Source: Gemmatimonadales bacterium (lineage in GTDB: Bacteria; Krumholzibacteriota; Krumholzibacteriia; LZORAL124-64-63). From it: DNA of 64,000 bases. The notes beneath the pieces were generated by a model. That model made no database searches. It was not told the DNA's origin and saw only the letters and a list, made by a program, of their open reading frames with translations. The stretch spans positions 18,482 through 82,481 of the forward strand of contig JAHOYV010000023.1 of assembly GCA_019038745.1 (NCBI GenBank), written 5' to 3'. The position numbers and the translations under genes are program-made. Within the stretch, counting starts at the first letter, position 1; every line of letters begins with the position of its first letter. Shown piece by piece: positions 27,899 to 37,937 of the stretch.

Positions 27899-29508
27899 TA
27901 CGATCCTCCATCCAGCCGAGCCGAGGGAACTGTTTTACCCAGTCCAAACACAAGCAGAAACACCCCACCGCAACCCAAGGTCAACGAAAGCCAGGGTGAG
28001 ACCCCGAACCCCACAGGCAGGTAGCCACAAAGAGCAGCAATCAGCGCCACTGCAACCGCATAGGGAAGTTGAGTCCTGACATGGTCCACATGGTCCGACC
28101 CGGTAGCCAGTGAGGACATGATGGTTGTATCCGAAATCGGCGAACAGTGATCGCCGAAAACCGCCCCCGCCAGCACGGCACTGACGGCTGCCAGGTGGAT
28201 ATGCAGACTGGTATCAACCGGTAAGCCCGCTGCCAGCGGCAATTCCTGTCCCAGGGGATAAACCAGGGGCATCAAAATAGCCATGGTACCCCAACTCGTC
28301 CCCGTTGCGAAACTCACCGCCCCGGCCAGCAGGAAAACAACCAACGGCAACAGCCGGGCCGAAAGCACCTGATGACTGATCTGAACCAGGAAACCTGCGG
28401 TGTCCAGTTCCTCGCAAACAGCGCTCAAACTCCAGGCCAGGATCAGGATGGTCACGGCAATGAGCATGGATTTGACCCCATCCTGAAAACCGTCCATGGC
28501 CTCGGGCAGGGTAAGACGTCGGGAAGTTACCGCAAGCAGAATGGCGAGCAAGGCACCCACCAAGGCGGCCCAGGTCAAGACTGAGAAGCTGTCCGCGTTG
28601 TTCAGAATATCCCTGATCCCGGGCGAAACCACTCCCTCGGCCAGAGCGGCCTTTCGACCCCCGAAAAAAAGTCCGAGGGCGGTCGTCAAGATAACAGCAA
28701 GGATGGGGATTCCAGCCAAATACGGAGAAGGGGAATCGATCTCCGGCTCCGCTCCAATCCTCACCCCGGAACCACCGGGAGCGTCACTGGCCGGTCGGGA
28801 CCCGGGTCGTAAAACCTTCCCGGTTTGCACTGCCCTGATCTCCGCCTCTCTCATCGGTCCGAAATCCCGACCCGTAGCCGCCACAAGGTACACAAACAAC
28901 AGGGTCAACAGGGGATAGTAACTGTAGGGAATGGATTGCAGGAAGAAAGAGTAGGCCCGTCCACCATCCCCGAGTTGCGACATGGCGTCCTGAATCAATC
29001 CCACTTCGAAACCCACCCAGGTGGAAATCACAGCCACGGTGGCCACCGGAGCGGCCGTGCTGTCGACAAGCCAGGCCAACTTTTCCCGGGAAATCAGCAA
29101 CCGGTCAGTCAGGGGACGCATCGTGGATCCGACCAAGAGGGTGTTGGCATAGTCGTCAAAGAAGATAATGGTGCCCATCGCAGCGGTCGACACCTGCCCC
29201 CCCCGGCGCGTACATATCCTTTTACTCAACCAATGAACCACGCCTTCGGTTGCACCGCTGCGGGACAACACCCCCACCATCCCGCCAAGGATCGTGGAAA
29301 AAAGAATAATTGCAGCGTGATCAGCATCAGCCAAGGAGCCTATAAGGTACTGGTCCCCAACCCTCAACAGGGCCGACGCAGGGTTCCCTTCAACCAGGGC
29401 GGCTCCCACCCAGACCCCCAGAAAGAGCGCCACGACCACCTGCCTGGTCAACAGAGCCAGACCAATGGCAAGTACAGGCGGAATGACTGAGACCCAGTCA
29501 CCGCTCAT
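27898..29508 (-). CDS. NhaC-family Na+/H+ antiporter
   Basis: Polytopic protein. FFDDYANTLLVGSTMRPLTDRLLISREKLAWLVDSTAAPVA block typical of NhaC. Trimmed to ATG 29508, which forms an ATGA overlap with the IMPase stop. The 71-aa upstream extension in the track is Cys/Arg-rich junk. Confidence 0.85.
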   Translation of the reverse strand: MSGDWVSVIPPVLAIGLALLTRQVVVALFLGVWVGAALVEGNPASALLRVGDQYLIGSLADADHAAIILFSTILGGMVGVLSRSGATEGVVHWLSKRICTRRGGQVSTAAMGTIIFFDDYANTLLVGSTMRPLTDRLLISREKLAWLVDSTAAPVATVAVISTWVGFEVGLIQDAMSQLGDGGRAYSFFLQSIPYSYYPLLTLLFVYLVAATGRDFGPMREAEIRAVQTGKVLRPGSRPASDAPGGSGVRIGAEPEIDSPSPYLAGIPILAVILTTALGLFFGGRKAALAEGVVSPGIRDILNNADSFSVLTWAALVGALLAILLAVTSRRLTLPEAMDGFQDGVKSMLIAVTILILAWSLSAVCEELDTAGFLVQISHQVLSARLLPLVVFLLAGAVSFATGTSWGTMAILMPLVYPLGQELPLAAGLPVDTSLHIHLAAVSAVLAGAVFGDHCSPISDTTIMSSLATGSDHVDHVRTQLPYAVAVALIAALCGYLPVGFGVSPWLSLTLGCGGVFLLVFGLGKTVPSARLDGGS

Positions 29509-30386
29509 GATTCCGCACCTGGATTCTTCTCTCCATAGCCCACCCCGGGCCCCGGCCAGCGACCGGGTTGGGCTCGCGCGAACATTTCCAGCATTTCCTG
29601 ATGAAGACCTGGAGCAGCAGCAACAATGTTCTCCACGTGTAGGATCTCCCGGTTGCCGCCGAAACCCGAAACCAGGGCCCCAGCCTCGCGAGCAATGAGA
29701 GTACCGGCGGCCGTATCCCATGTACGGAGATTCAACTCCCAGTAGCCATCAAGTTTGCCTGCGGCAACGTGTACCAGATCAATGGCTGCGCTTCCGCCGC
29801 GACGGACCCCATGGCAGCCGGCTTTCAGAAAATCACGGACCAGCCCGGTATTCAGGTCCACGATCTCATCCCGGACATAGGGGAAACCAGTGGCCAGCAG
29901 AGCACTCTGCATACCGACTTTCTTCCGGGACGAAAGCGGAATGACATCGTTCGAACGAGCACGTTCCAAAGTAGAGCCCCCACCCCGGTGGGCCTGATAC
30001 AATTCACCCAGATAGGGAGCCAGGACAGTGCCAACAAGAAGCTCCTCCTGATCGGCGCAGGCAATGGAGACAGAAAAAAACGGGTAACCATGGGCATAAT
30101 TGGTCGTCCCGTCCAGAGGGTCGACATACCAGGTTCGACCGCTGGTTCCGGCCCTGCCCCCGGTCTCCTCGGCCTCGATGGCGTCGCCGGGAAACCGGCG
30201 AGTCAACTCGTCCAAAAGAAACTCTTCCACTCTTCGATCCATTTCAGTCACAAATTCAGTTCCGCGCTTTGACTCGATGGTATGGATATCGCCGTGCCCG
30301 GAGAGCAGAATCTCTCCAGCGGCCAGGGCCAACTCTCGAATTTGGATTCCAATTTCGCCCAGTTCCGTGGTGTTTAGCTGTGACAT
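29505..30386 (-). CDS. Inositol monophosphatase family protein (SuhB-like)
   Basis: AIEAEETGG and WYVDPLDGTTNYAHGYPFFSVSIA (DPxDGT) motifs; WDTAAG near the C-terminus. Trimmed to ATG 30386, because the longer track ORF would overlap the divergent NifU-like gene. Confidence 0.9.
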   Translation of the reverse strand: MSQLNTTELGEIGIQIRELALAAGEILLSGHGDIHTIESKRGTEFVTEMDRRVEEFLLDELTRRFPGDAIEAEETGGRAGTSGRTWYVDPLDGTTNYAHGYPFFSVSIACADQEELLVGTVLAPYLGELYQAHRGGGSTLERARSNDVIPLSSRKKVGMQSALLATGFPYVRDEIVDLNTGLVRDFLKAGCHGVRRGGSAAIDLVHVAAGKLDGYWELNLRTWDTAAGTLIAREAGALVSGFGGNREILHVENIVAAAPGLHQEMLEMFARAQPGRWPGPGVGYGEKNPGAES

Positions 30387-30478
30387 TACATTCCTGCCTG
30401 TTCCAAATGTGCGGAGGGAAAAGTTATTCCTCGATTCCAGCATCATAAGCCAGGCCAGCAGCTCGAACAACCGCCTAG

Positions 30479-30506
30479 TTGACATCGCTTGATCTGCATT
30501 TAGTAT
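30479..30506 (+). promoter_or_regulatory. sigma70-type promoter for the nifU-like / gcdH pair
   Basis: TTGACA (30479-30484), 16-nt spacer, TAGTAT (30501-30506), followed by an AT-rich TATAA. About 40 nt upstream of ATG 30550. Confidence 0.4.
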
Positions 30507-30549
30507 ATAACCTGAAAGAGTACTTGAATCATTGCCCGAAAGGACCAAC

Positions 30550-30768
30550 ATGATTGCCAAGATCAACGCCGTTCTGGACGAAATCCGCCCGACCCTGCAA
30601 GCCGATGGCGGCGATGTGGAATTTATTGATTTCAAGGACGGGGTGGTGCTTGTGCGGATGAAAGGCGCTTGCGGCAACTGTCCCATGAGCCAGATTACCT
30701 TGAAGCAGGGTATCGAAGCGCGTATGAAGGAACGGGTCCCTGAAGTCCTATCAGTGGAGCAAATTTGA
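30550..30768 (+). CDS. NifU C-terminal domain (Nfu-type) Fe-S scaffold/carrier protein
   Basis: 72 aa: INAVLDEIRPTLQADGGDVEFIDFKDGVVLVRMKGACGNCPMSQITLK with the CxxC motif. AAAGGA 5 nt upstream of ATG 30550. Confidence 0.85.
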   Translation: MIAKINAVLDEIRPTLQADGGDVEFIDFKDGVVLVRMKGACGNCPMSQITLKQGIEARMKERVPEVLSVEQI

Positions 30769-30769
30769 G

Positions 30770-31948
30770 ATGGGCGGATTTCCCGGAATCGACTACTACC
30801 GTCTGGATCGCACCCTGAGTGATGAGGAGCGAGGTGTCGTCCAAACGGTACGTCGCTTCGTAGACGATAAATTCATGCCCGGATTGCGTGAGCATTTTCA
30901 CGCGGGTACTTTTCCTACCGAGTTGATTCCAGAAATGGGAAGCCTCGGCCTCCTCGGATCGGCTGTCCAGGGACCCGGCTGCCCGGGCCTGAGTCACACT
31001 GTCTACGGTTTGATCTGCCGGGAACTGGAACGCGGGGACAGCGGCCTGCGCAGCTTCGCCTCCGTCCAGGGCAGCCTGGTCATGTGGCCCATCGCCACTT
31101 ACGGTTCGGATGAGCAAAAGAACCGCTGGCTGCCCGAGTTGGCCACCGGTCGCCGTGTCGGATGCTTTGGCCTTACAGAGCCTGATCATGGATCGGATCC
31201 CGGATCGATGACAACGCGCGCCGTTCGTGATGGTAGCGAATGGATCCTTACCGGCAACAAACTCTGGATAACCAACGCCGATCTGGCGGACGTAGCAGTG
31301 GTCTGGGCACGTACAGACGAAGGCGTAAACGGCTTCCTGGTCGAGCGCGAATTTCCCGGCTTCAGTACTCAGCCCATCGGAGGCAAGTACAGCCTCAGGG
31401 CCAGTGACACCGGCGAACTTATCTTTGACGAAGTACGCCTGCCCGACAGCGCCCGGTTGCCGGGAGCCAAGGGACTAAAGGCCCCTCTGGCCTGCCTGAA
31501 CGAGGCCCGCTATGGAATTGCCTGGGGAGTGCTGGGCGCCGCTGCCGACTGCTACCATACCGCCCTGCAGTACGCTCGGGAACGGATCCAGTTCGGCCAA
31601 CCCATCGCCTCTTTCCAACTCGTCCAACAGAAGCTCGTCACCATGTTGACCGAGTTGACGAAGGGCCAGGCACTGTGTTCCCAACTGGGACATTTGAAGG
31701 ACGAGGGAATAAACGAAGTGCCGCTGGTCAGCCTGGCCAAACGCAACAACGTGGCGATGGCCCTGGATTGCGCCCGGACCGCACGGGACATCCTCGGAGC
31801 TGCGGGAATCACCGACGAATTTTCTCCCGGCCGTCACATGGCCAACCTGGAGTCAGTGATCACCTATGAAGGCACCCATGATATCCACACGCTCATAGTT
31901 GGCGCCGACATCACGGGGCTGCCTTCTTTCCGTTCCGTTGGAAGGTAG
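30770..31948 (+). CDS. gcdH: Glutaryl-CoA dehydrogenase-type acyl-CoA dehydrogenase
   Basis: SVQGSLVMWPI, GCFGLTEPDHGSDPGSM, LWITNADLADVAVVWAR, LRASDTGELIFDEVRLP, CLNEARYGIAWGVLGAA, NLESVITYEGTHDIHTLIVG: the GCDH-like pattern throughout. Confidence 0.85.
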   Translation: MGGFPGIDYYRLDRTLSDEERGVVQTVRRFVDDKFMPGLREHFHAGTFPTELIPEMGSLGLLGSAVQGPGCPGLSHTVYGLICRELERGDSGLRSFASVQGSLVMWPIATYGSDEQKNRWLPELATGRRVGCFGLTEPDHGSDPGSMTTRAVRDGSEWILTGNKLWITNADLADVAVVWARTDEGVNGFLVEREFPGFSTQPIGGKYSLRASDTGELIFDEVRLPDSARLPGAKGLKAPLACLNEARYGIAWGVLGAAADCYHTALQYARERIQFGQPIASFQLVQQKLVTMLTELTKGQALCSQLGHLKDEGINEVPLVSLAKRNNVAMALDCARTARDILGAAGITDEFSPGRHMANLESVITYEGTHDIHTLIVGADITGLPSFRSVGR

Positions 31949-31963
31949 GTTCGGGACCCCTGA

Positions 31964-33478
31964 TCAGAAATTGATTTGCCGGAAAATGGCCTCCGCCAAA
32001 CGGTGGAAGGCGTCAGGTTGCACGCCGATATAGATCACCAGGATTGCCAGCACACCGGAAGTAACCACTGAGACCCACTCGGTCCCTGAATACGAGTCTT
32101 CCTCCGGTTCCTTCATGTACATCATCACCATCACGCGCAAATAATAATAAACCGAAATCAGCGAGTTGATGACCCCGATCACGGCCAAGGGGATCAAACC
32201 AGCCCGCACTACCGAGGCAAAGAGATAGAACTTGCCCATGAACCCGACCATCGGAGGAATTCCGGCCAACGAGAGCAAGGCTACCGTCATGGCAGCGGCG
32301 GCAATCGGGTTCTTCTTGTATAGGCCGGCAAAACGATTAATGTCCTCGCCGTCTTCACCAGGGCGATTGCCCAAAATGTTGATGATTCCGAAAGCGGTCA
32401 AATTCATCAGGGTGTAGGCGAGCAGGTAAAACAGGATGGCCGAACCGGCCGCATTCCCGATTTCGGTCGATCGCAACATCATTTCCGATCCACCGACCGC
32501 CGGCGAAATCAGAGTCAAAACACCCAACATCAGATAGCCCGCGTGCGCGATGCTGGACCAGGCGAGCATTCGTTTGATGTTACTCTGCGCCAAAGCAACG
32601 AGGTTACCCAGAGTCATCGTCAATACCGTCAGGACGGTCAGAACGGGGAACCAGGTAAAAGCAACTTGAGGCTGCATCAACAAAACGAATCGCACCAGGA
32701 CTGCGAAGCCGGCCGCTTTGACCGCCGTAGCCATGAAACCGGTTATATAGGAAGGAGCGCCTTCGTAAACATCAGGCGTCCACATGTGGAACGGGACCAT
32801 CGCCACCTTGAATCCCAACCCGATCAGGACCAGACCTGAGCCAAAGGAGGCCAACAGTACATCCGGCTGATCCGACCGCATAGCAGCGGCGATAGCGTCG
32901 AACCCCGTCCCGCCGGCAAAACCGTAGAGAAAAGCGAGTCCCATCAGCAAAAAGGCCGAGGAAAATCCGCCCAGGATCAGATATTTGAAGCCCGCCTCAC
33001 TACTGCGCACATTCCCCCGCACGCCACCGACCAGGACGTACACGGCCAAACTCATCGTTTCCAAACCCAGGAAAAGAGTCAACAGGTCGTTCGCTCCCGA
33101 AAGGACCATCATGCCCAGAATCGAGAACAGTATAAGAGGATAGAACTCGGGTCTGTAAACCCCGTCGCGGTCGAAGCTACCTGTGGCGAAAATCGTGGTC
33201 ATAACTCCGACGCCCATGAATAGGGAGTTGAAGAACCAGGAATAATCATCCACCAGGAGCATACCACCCAGAACCACCCCACCTTGGGAGCGAGTCAATA
33301 TCTGCACCAGGATTCCACCGATAAGGATGAACAGGGTAAGGAATGAGAGATGATCCTTTTTCACCGTCTTGACAAAGGAGTCCACAAGCATGACAAGCAG
33401 GCCGCCCACCGCAACGATCAAGTACGGCAAGAGAAGGCCGAACTGTGCCCCAACCGCAGGTATGAAAAAATCGTTCAT
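31964..33478 (-). CDS. nuoN: NADH-quinone oxidoreductase subunit N
   Basis: 504-aa polytopic antiporter-like subunit. ATGA overlap with the nuoM stop. Last gene of the nuo operon. Confidence 0.9.
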   Translation of the reverse strand: MNDFFIPAVGAQFGLLLPYLIVAVGGLLVMLVDSFVKTVKKDHLSFLTLFILIGGILVQILTRSQGGVVLGGMLLVDDYSWFFNSLFMGVGVMTTIFATGSFDRDGVYRPEFYPLILFSILGMMVLSGANDLLTLFLGLETMSLAVYVLVGGVRGNVRSSEAGFKYLILGGFSSAFLLMGLAFLYGFAGGTGFDAIAAAMRSDQPDVLLASFGSGLVLIGLGFKVAMVPFHMWTPDVYEGAPSYITGFMATAVKAAGFAVLVRFVLLMQPQVAFTWFPVLTVLTVLTMTLGNLVALAQSNIKRMLAWSSIAHAGYLMLGVLTLISPAVGGSEMMLRSTEIGNAAGSAILFYLLAYTLMNLTAFGIINILGNRPGEDGEDINRFAGLYKKNPIAAAAMTVALLSLAGIPPMVGFMGKFYLFASVVRAGLIPLAVIGVINSLISVYYYLRVMVMMYMKEPEEDSYSGTEWVSVVTSGVLAILVIYIGVQPDAFHRLAEAIFRQINF

Positions 33479-35094
33479 CGCTGACTCTCCGTGTCCCGGA
33501 TAAGGAATTTCTGATGGTCGGAACCAAAAGCGGTCCCAATTTCAGCCCTCTGGCCATCCGGGAGCAAAATCCCGGTGTGACTCGGAGCCGTACCCTGTGC
33601 TTCCGCAACGGCCGCCGTTAAAGGAGCCAAGACCCGCTCGACGCTGGCCTCGACCCGGTTAAGGATCAAACTGGGCTGTACTCCCAGCCAGAAGATGAAA
33701 ACCACGATGGGCAGCAGGACTACAACCTCACGCAGACTCAGGTCCGTCAAACCTTCGTTCTTCGCATTGCTCAGTTTACCCAGGAAAACCCGCTGGTACA
33801 TCCAAAGCATGTATATGGCGCCCAGCACGACCCCGGTGGCGGCCAGAATGGCGAACAGTCGGCCATGCTCAAGAGTCTCGCTGTTGAAGGTCCCGAACAG
33901 GATCATGAATTCACCAATAAAGCCCGCCATGATGGGCAATCCCACACTGGCCAGAGTGGCGATCATGAAGAAAACCGCATAAACCGGCATCTTGTGGGCC
34001 AAGCCTCCGAATTCGGATATCTCTCTGGTGTGCCGACGTTCGTATATCATGCCGACAAGCAAAAACAAGGCACCGGTCGAGAGCCCGTGGGCCAGCATCT
34101 GGAAAATCCCTCCAGCCACACCAAGGGGCGTAAGGCTGAACAGGCCCAGCACCACGAAACCCAGATGACTGACCGAGCTGTAGGCCACCAGCTTTTTCAC
34201 ATCCGGCTGTACCATGGCTACCAAGGCACCGTAAATGATCCCGATCACCGCCAGGATGCTGATTGCAGGTGCAAAAGCAGCCACCCCTTCCGGGAATAGC
34301 GGCATGGCGAAACGCAACATGCCGTAGGTTCCCATCTTCAGCAACACACCGGCCAGAATCACCGAGCCCGCTGTTGGTGCCTGGACGTGGGCATCAGGCA
34401 ACCAGGTGTGCAGGGGGAAAACCGGAACCTTGATGGCGAAGGCCAGGAAAAAGGCGGCGAAGAGCCACAACTGGGCGTCGTGCCCGATTTGCAGATTCAT
34501 AAAATCGGTCAGGCCCATGCCACCGGCCTGGAAGTACAGGTAAAGTATTCCGACCAGCATGAAAACCGAACCGACCATCGTGAAGATGAAGAACTTCACC
34601 GCCGCGTATATGCGCCGCTGGCCGCCCCAGATCCCGATGATGAAATACATCGGAATAAGCATGGCTTCCCAGAAAACGTAGAACAGCAGCATGTCCCGCG
34701 CGAAGAAAGTACCCAGCATGGCCGCCTGCAGAAAGAGGATACACGCCATGAACGAAGGTACCCGCTCCCGAACCGCCTGCCAGGTCGAAAGGATAACCAA
34801 GGGCCCGAGGAAAGTGGTCAGCATGGCCAGAACAAGACTGATCCCGTCCATCCCCATGTGGTAACTGACCTCGCCGTTCAACAGCCAGGGAACCCGTTCG
34901 ACGAATTGATCGTCGCCACGGCCGGCGTCGAAACGAAACCACAGGTGCAGCGAAAGGACGAAATCGACCAGAGCCACAACCAGAGCGAAAACCCGCGCGA
35001 ATTCGGCACGCTTGATCACAGTCCACAGGGCCAACGAGCCCACAAGGGGAACGAAAGTGACCAGCGTCAAAATGTGGTCGTTGATAAACGACAA
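33475..35094 (-). CDS. nuoM: NADH-quinone oxidoreductase subunit M
   Basis: 539-aa antiporter-like subunit (FFLAFAIKVPVFPLHTWLPDAHVQAPTAGSVILAGVLLKMG). TTG start 35094 with AGGAGGA 7 nt upstream. Confidence 0.92.
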   Translation of the reverse strand: MSFINDHILTLVTFVPLVGSLALWTVIKRAEFARVFALVVALVDFVLSLHLWFRFDAGRGDDQFVERVPWLLNGEVSYHMGMDGISLVLAMLTTFLGPLVILSTWQAVRERVPSFMACILFLQAAMLGTFFARDMLLFYVFWEAMLIPMYFIIGIWGGQRRIYAAVKFFIFTMVGSVFMLVGILYLYFQAGGMGLTDFMNLQIGHDAQLWLFAAFFLAFAIKVPVFPLHTWLPDAHVQAPTAGSVILAGVLLKMGTYGMLRFAMPLFPEGVAAFAPAISILAVIGIIYGALVAMVQPDVKKLVAYSSVSHLGFVVLGLFSLTPLGVAGGIFQMLAHGLSTGALFLLVGMIYERRHTREISEFGGLAHKMPVYAVFFMIATLASVGLPIMAGFIGEFMILFGTFNSETLEHGRLFAILAATGVVLGAIYMLWMYQRVFLGKLSNAKNEGLTDLSLREVVVLLPIVVFIFWLGVQPSLILNRVEASVERVLAPLTAAVAEAQGTAPSHTGILLPDGQRAEIGTAFGSDHQKFLIRDTESQR

Positions 35095-35106
35095 ACCAGC
35101 GTCCTC

Positions 35107-37098
35107 CTAGCCCGAGAAACTTAGATACAGGACAAAGACCGCCACCCCGATGGTGAAGGACCATGCGTAGAAACGGACCATTCCGTTCTGGAAGATCCGC
35201 AGGACCGAACCCAGCACAGCTACCACCAGAGCGGATCCATTAACCATTAAACCATCGATCAAACCGGCATCCACGATCTTCCACAAAATCGACTTGCTCA
35301 GCTTGAAGCCGGGACGGATGAAGACTGCCTCGTAACCCTCGTCCACGTAGTATTTGTTCAACAAGACCTTGTGGGGGAAACCACCGCCCAGTCTGCGGAA
35401 CGATTCAGCGATGGAAACCTTGCGGGTGTAGACGAAATACCCGAGCGACAAGCCAAGGATACCCCAAGCCAGGGAAGCCCCGGCGAGAATCCATTCTATG
35501 GTCGTGTCGTGCCCGACGTGTCCTGCTCCGTGGCCTCCGGCAACCGCCGCAGCCCCGGCACCATGGGCCCCTGCAAAAACCGGCTCCAGCCAATTTTCGA
35601 ACCAGGCACCGCCGCCCATGAAGTGCGGCCAGCCGATCCAGCCACCGACGATGGACAACACGGCCAGGACAATGAGCACGCCGGTCATTGTGGCCGGAGA
35701 CTCGTGAATGTGACTCTGTACCTCTGCGCTGGCCCGGTTCTTCCCATAGAAGGTCATCACGACCAGTCGCATCATGTAGAAGGCGGTCATGCCCGCAGCC
35801 AGGAAACCGATCGCCCAGGGCAGGACTCCACCCAGCTCACCACTGAATGTCTTCCAGAGAATCTCATCCTTGCTGAAGAAACCGGCCAGGGGAAAGACTC
35901 CGGCGATGGCCAGCGTACCGGCCAGGAAGGTCCAGTAGGTGATCGGGAGTTTGGTCTTCAATCCGCCCATGACCCGCATGTCCTGCTCATCGCTCATGGC
36001 GTGAATCACGGATCCGGAACCGAGGAAGAGCAGGGCCTTGAAAAAGGCGTGGGTCATGACGTGGAAGATCGCCACGCCGAAGGCTCCCACTCCGCAAGCC
36101 AGCATCATGTAGCCCAGCTGGCTGACCGTGGAGTAGGCCAGCACCTTCTTGATGTCGTTTTGAACCAGGGCGATGCTGGAGGCGAAAATGGCAGTGGCCA
36201 CACCGACGGCAGCCACAACGCCCATGGCGGTCGGCGAAAGCACAAACAGGAAATTCATCCGGGCGATCATGTACACCCCGGCCGTTACCATGGTCGCCGC
36301 GTGAATAAGCGCACTGACGGGAGTCGGCCCCGCCATGGCATCGGGCAACCAGATATAAAGGGGTATCTGAGCGCTCTTACCCGTGGCTCCGACAAAGAGC
36401 AGCAGGCAGATCGCAGTAGCCACCGGAGCTAAAATCCCCACGTGGTGCTGCAGAACCTGGAAGCTGAACAAGCCTTCACCCTCGTGCAGGTGCGGCAACA
36501 CGGTAACGCCGATCAGGAACATGCCGATCAGGAAACCGAAGTCGCCGATCCGGTTGACGATGAAAGCCTTCTTGCCGGCGGCGGCGTTGGCCTCATCGTT
36601 GAACCAGAAGGCGATCAGAAGGTAGGAACATAGCCCCACCCCTTCCCAGCCGATGAACAGCATCAGTAGGTTCTCACCCAGAACCAAGGTCATCATCGCG
36701 AAGATGAAGAGGTTCAGGTAGGAGAAAAAGCGCTGGAAGCCTGCATCGTGAGCCATATAGCCCAACGAATAGATGTGGATCAGGAAACCGACACCGGTGA
36801 CCACGAGGGCCATCACCGCGCCGAGTGAATCCATGGCGAAAGCCAGGTCGACCTGGAATTTACCGAAGCCGATCCAGGTGGCCACCGTGTCGGTAACCAT
36901 CCTTTCGGCCGCGGGCATCCCGGTCAGACGCAGGAAAACTATCACCGACATCGCGAAGCTGATCCCTACTGCGGCGCAGGCCAGCAGGCCGGCCGCCTGC
37001 TTGGGCAACCTCCGGTTCAGCAGACCGTTGACCATAGCTCCCAACAAGGGAATCACGACGATCCATCTGAGAAGAATTTCGGTAGAGTGGCTCTCCAC
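35107..37098 (-). CDS. nuoL: NADH-quinone oxidoreductase subunit L
   Basis: 663 aa (GWEGVGLCSYLLIAFW, GKSAQIPLYIWLPDAMAGPTPVSALIHAATMVTAGVY). GTG start 37098 with GGAG 7 nt upstream. Confidence 0.93.
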   Translation of the reverse strand: MESHSTEILLRWIVVIPLLGAMVNGLLNRRLPKQAAGLLACAAVGISFAMSVIVFLRLTGMPAAERMVTDTVATWIGFGKFQVDLAFAMDSLGAVMALVVTGVGFLIHIYSLGYMAHDAGFQRFFSYLNLFIFAMMTLVLGENLLMLFIGWEGVGLCSYLLIAFWFNDEANAAAGKKAFIVNRIGDFGFLIGMFLIGVTVLPHLHEGEGLFSFQVLQHHVGILAPVATAICLLLFVGATGKSAQIPLYIWLPDAMAGPTPVSALIHAATMVTAGVYMIARMNFLFVLSPTAMGVVAAVGVATAIFASSIALVQNDIKKVLAYSTVSQLGYMMLACGVGAFGVAIFHVMTHAFFKALLFLGSGSVIHAMSDEQDMRVMGGLKTKLPITYWTFLAGTLAIAGVFPLAGFFSKDEILWKTFSGELGGVLPWAIGFLAAGMTAFYMMRLVVMTFYGKNRASAEVQSHIHESPATMTGVLIVLAVLSIVGGWIGWPHFMGGGAWFENWLEPVFAGAHGAGAAAVAGGHGAGHVGHDTTIEWILAGASLAWGILGLSLGYFVYTRKVSIAESFRRLGGGFPHKVLLNKYYVDEGYEAVFIRPGFKLSKSILWKIVDAGLIDGLMVNGSALVVAVLGSVLRIFQNGMVRFYAWSFTIGVAVFVLYLSFSG

Positions 37099-37102
37099 GG
37101 TT

Positions 37103-37408
37103 CTACTCCATCAGGGCTTTGAAGTTATCCACATTGACGGTGCGGCGACGGCGGAAGATTTCCACCAGAATGGCCAGACCTATGGCTGCTTCGGCAGCCG
37201 CGACCGCGAAATTCATCAGCACGAACACATGCCCGCCGCCATCGCCGTGTACCCGGCTGAAGGCGGCAAAAACAATGTTCGTCGAACAGAGCATCAACTC
37301 CACGCACATCATCATGATGATGGCGTTCCTGCGGACTATGAAGCCCACCATCCCCGTCAGGAAGACGGCACCCGCCAGCACCAGGTAATGGGTAAGGGTT
37401 ATTTCCAT
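37103..37408 (-). CDS. nuoK: NADH-quinone oxidoreductase subunit K
   Basis: 101 aa, three TM helices, typical NuoK (IIMMMCVELMLCSTNI...AAAEAAIGLAILV). Confidence 0.92.
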   Translation of the reverse strand: MEITLTHYLVLAGAVFLTGMVGFIVRRNAIIMMMCVELMLCSTNIVFAAFSRVHGDGGGHVFVLMNFAVAAAEAAIGLAILVEIFRRRRTVNVDNFKALME

Positions 37409-37914
37409 GGCAACTTCCTCTCCCTTTTACCGATGACCAGGGCCCCCACGATGGCAATCAGGAGAACGATGGAAATCAATTCGAAGGCCAGCAGGTACCG
37501 TCCAAGCAGAAGCTGGGCCACACCCTCGGCAGTCCCGAAACCAGGGGCCGGAGCATCACCCAGGCTGCGTAGGCCCTCTCCCTTGACCCAACCGACCAGC
37601 AGGATAATCACAGCAGCCGGAGGCAGGGCGATGAACGGCCACAGCCCTTTTTTGATCGGCACCCTCTCACCATCCAGAACAGGTCCCTGCAGCATCATGA
37701 TCACAAACAGGAACAGGACCATTATGGCTCCGGCGTAAACCAGGATCTGCATGACGGCCAAAAACGGGGCCGACAACAGCGCGAAGATTCCAGCGGCGCA
37801 GAGGAACGAAAACACCAACCACACCGCCGAGACCACGGCGCTGCGCTGGACGACCATCATCAGGCCGCCGAGAAACATCAGTGTGCCGCAGAACCAGAAC
37901 AGAAAACCTTCCAT
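37399..37914 (-). CDS. nuoJ: NADH-quinone oxidoreductase subunit J
   Basis: 171 aa (AVMQILVYAGAIMVLFLFVIMML). Position between nuoI and nuoK. 10-nt overlap with nuoK. Confidence 0.88.
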   Translation of the reverse strand: MEGFLFWFCGTLMFLGGLMMVVQRSAVVSAVWLVFSFLCAAGIFALLSAPFLAVMQILVYAGAIMVLFLFVIMMLQGPVLDGERVPIKKGLWPFIALPPAAVIILLVGWVKGEGLRSLGDAPAPGFGTAEGVAQLLLGRYLLAFELISIVLLIAIVGALVIGKRERKLPWK

Positions 37915-37937
37915 GCCGAACCTTTCCCCTTCCTGGG

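Noticed and set aside
29509-29721. N-terminal extensions of track ORFs: NhaC 29509-29721, IMPase 30387-30686, TPR gene 46120-46401, PhoH-like 24713-24805, MFP 56624-56686, RND-2 52146-52184
   Set aside because: The track reports maximal ORFs. The extensions lack an SD, have odd composition, and in several cases overlap neighbouring genes. The internal starts have a GGAGG-like SD or stop-start overlaps.
34394-35164. Same-strand alternative-frame ORFs inside nuo genes (34394-35164, 39361-40182, 45218-45736)
   Set aside because: They are frame-shifted readings of nuoM, nuoH/nuoG and nuoB. The products are Arg/Gly/Pro-rich and have no homology-like motifs.
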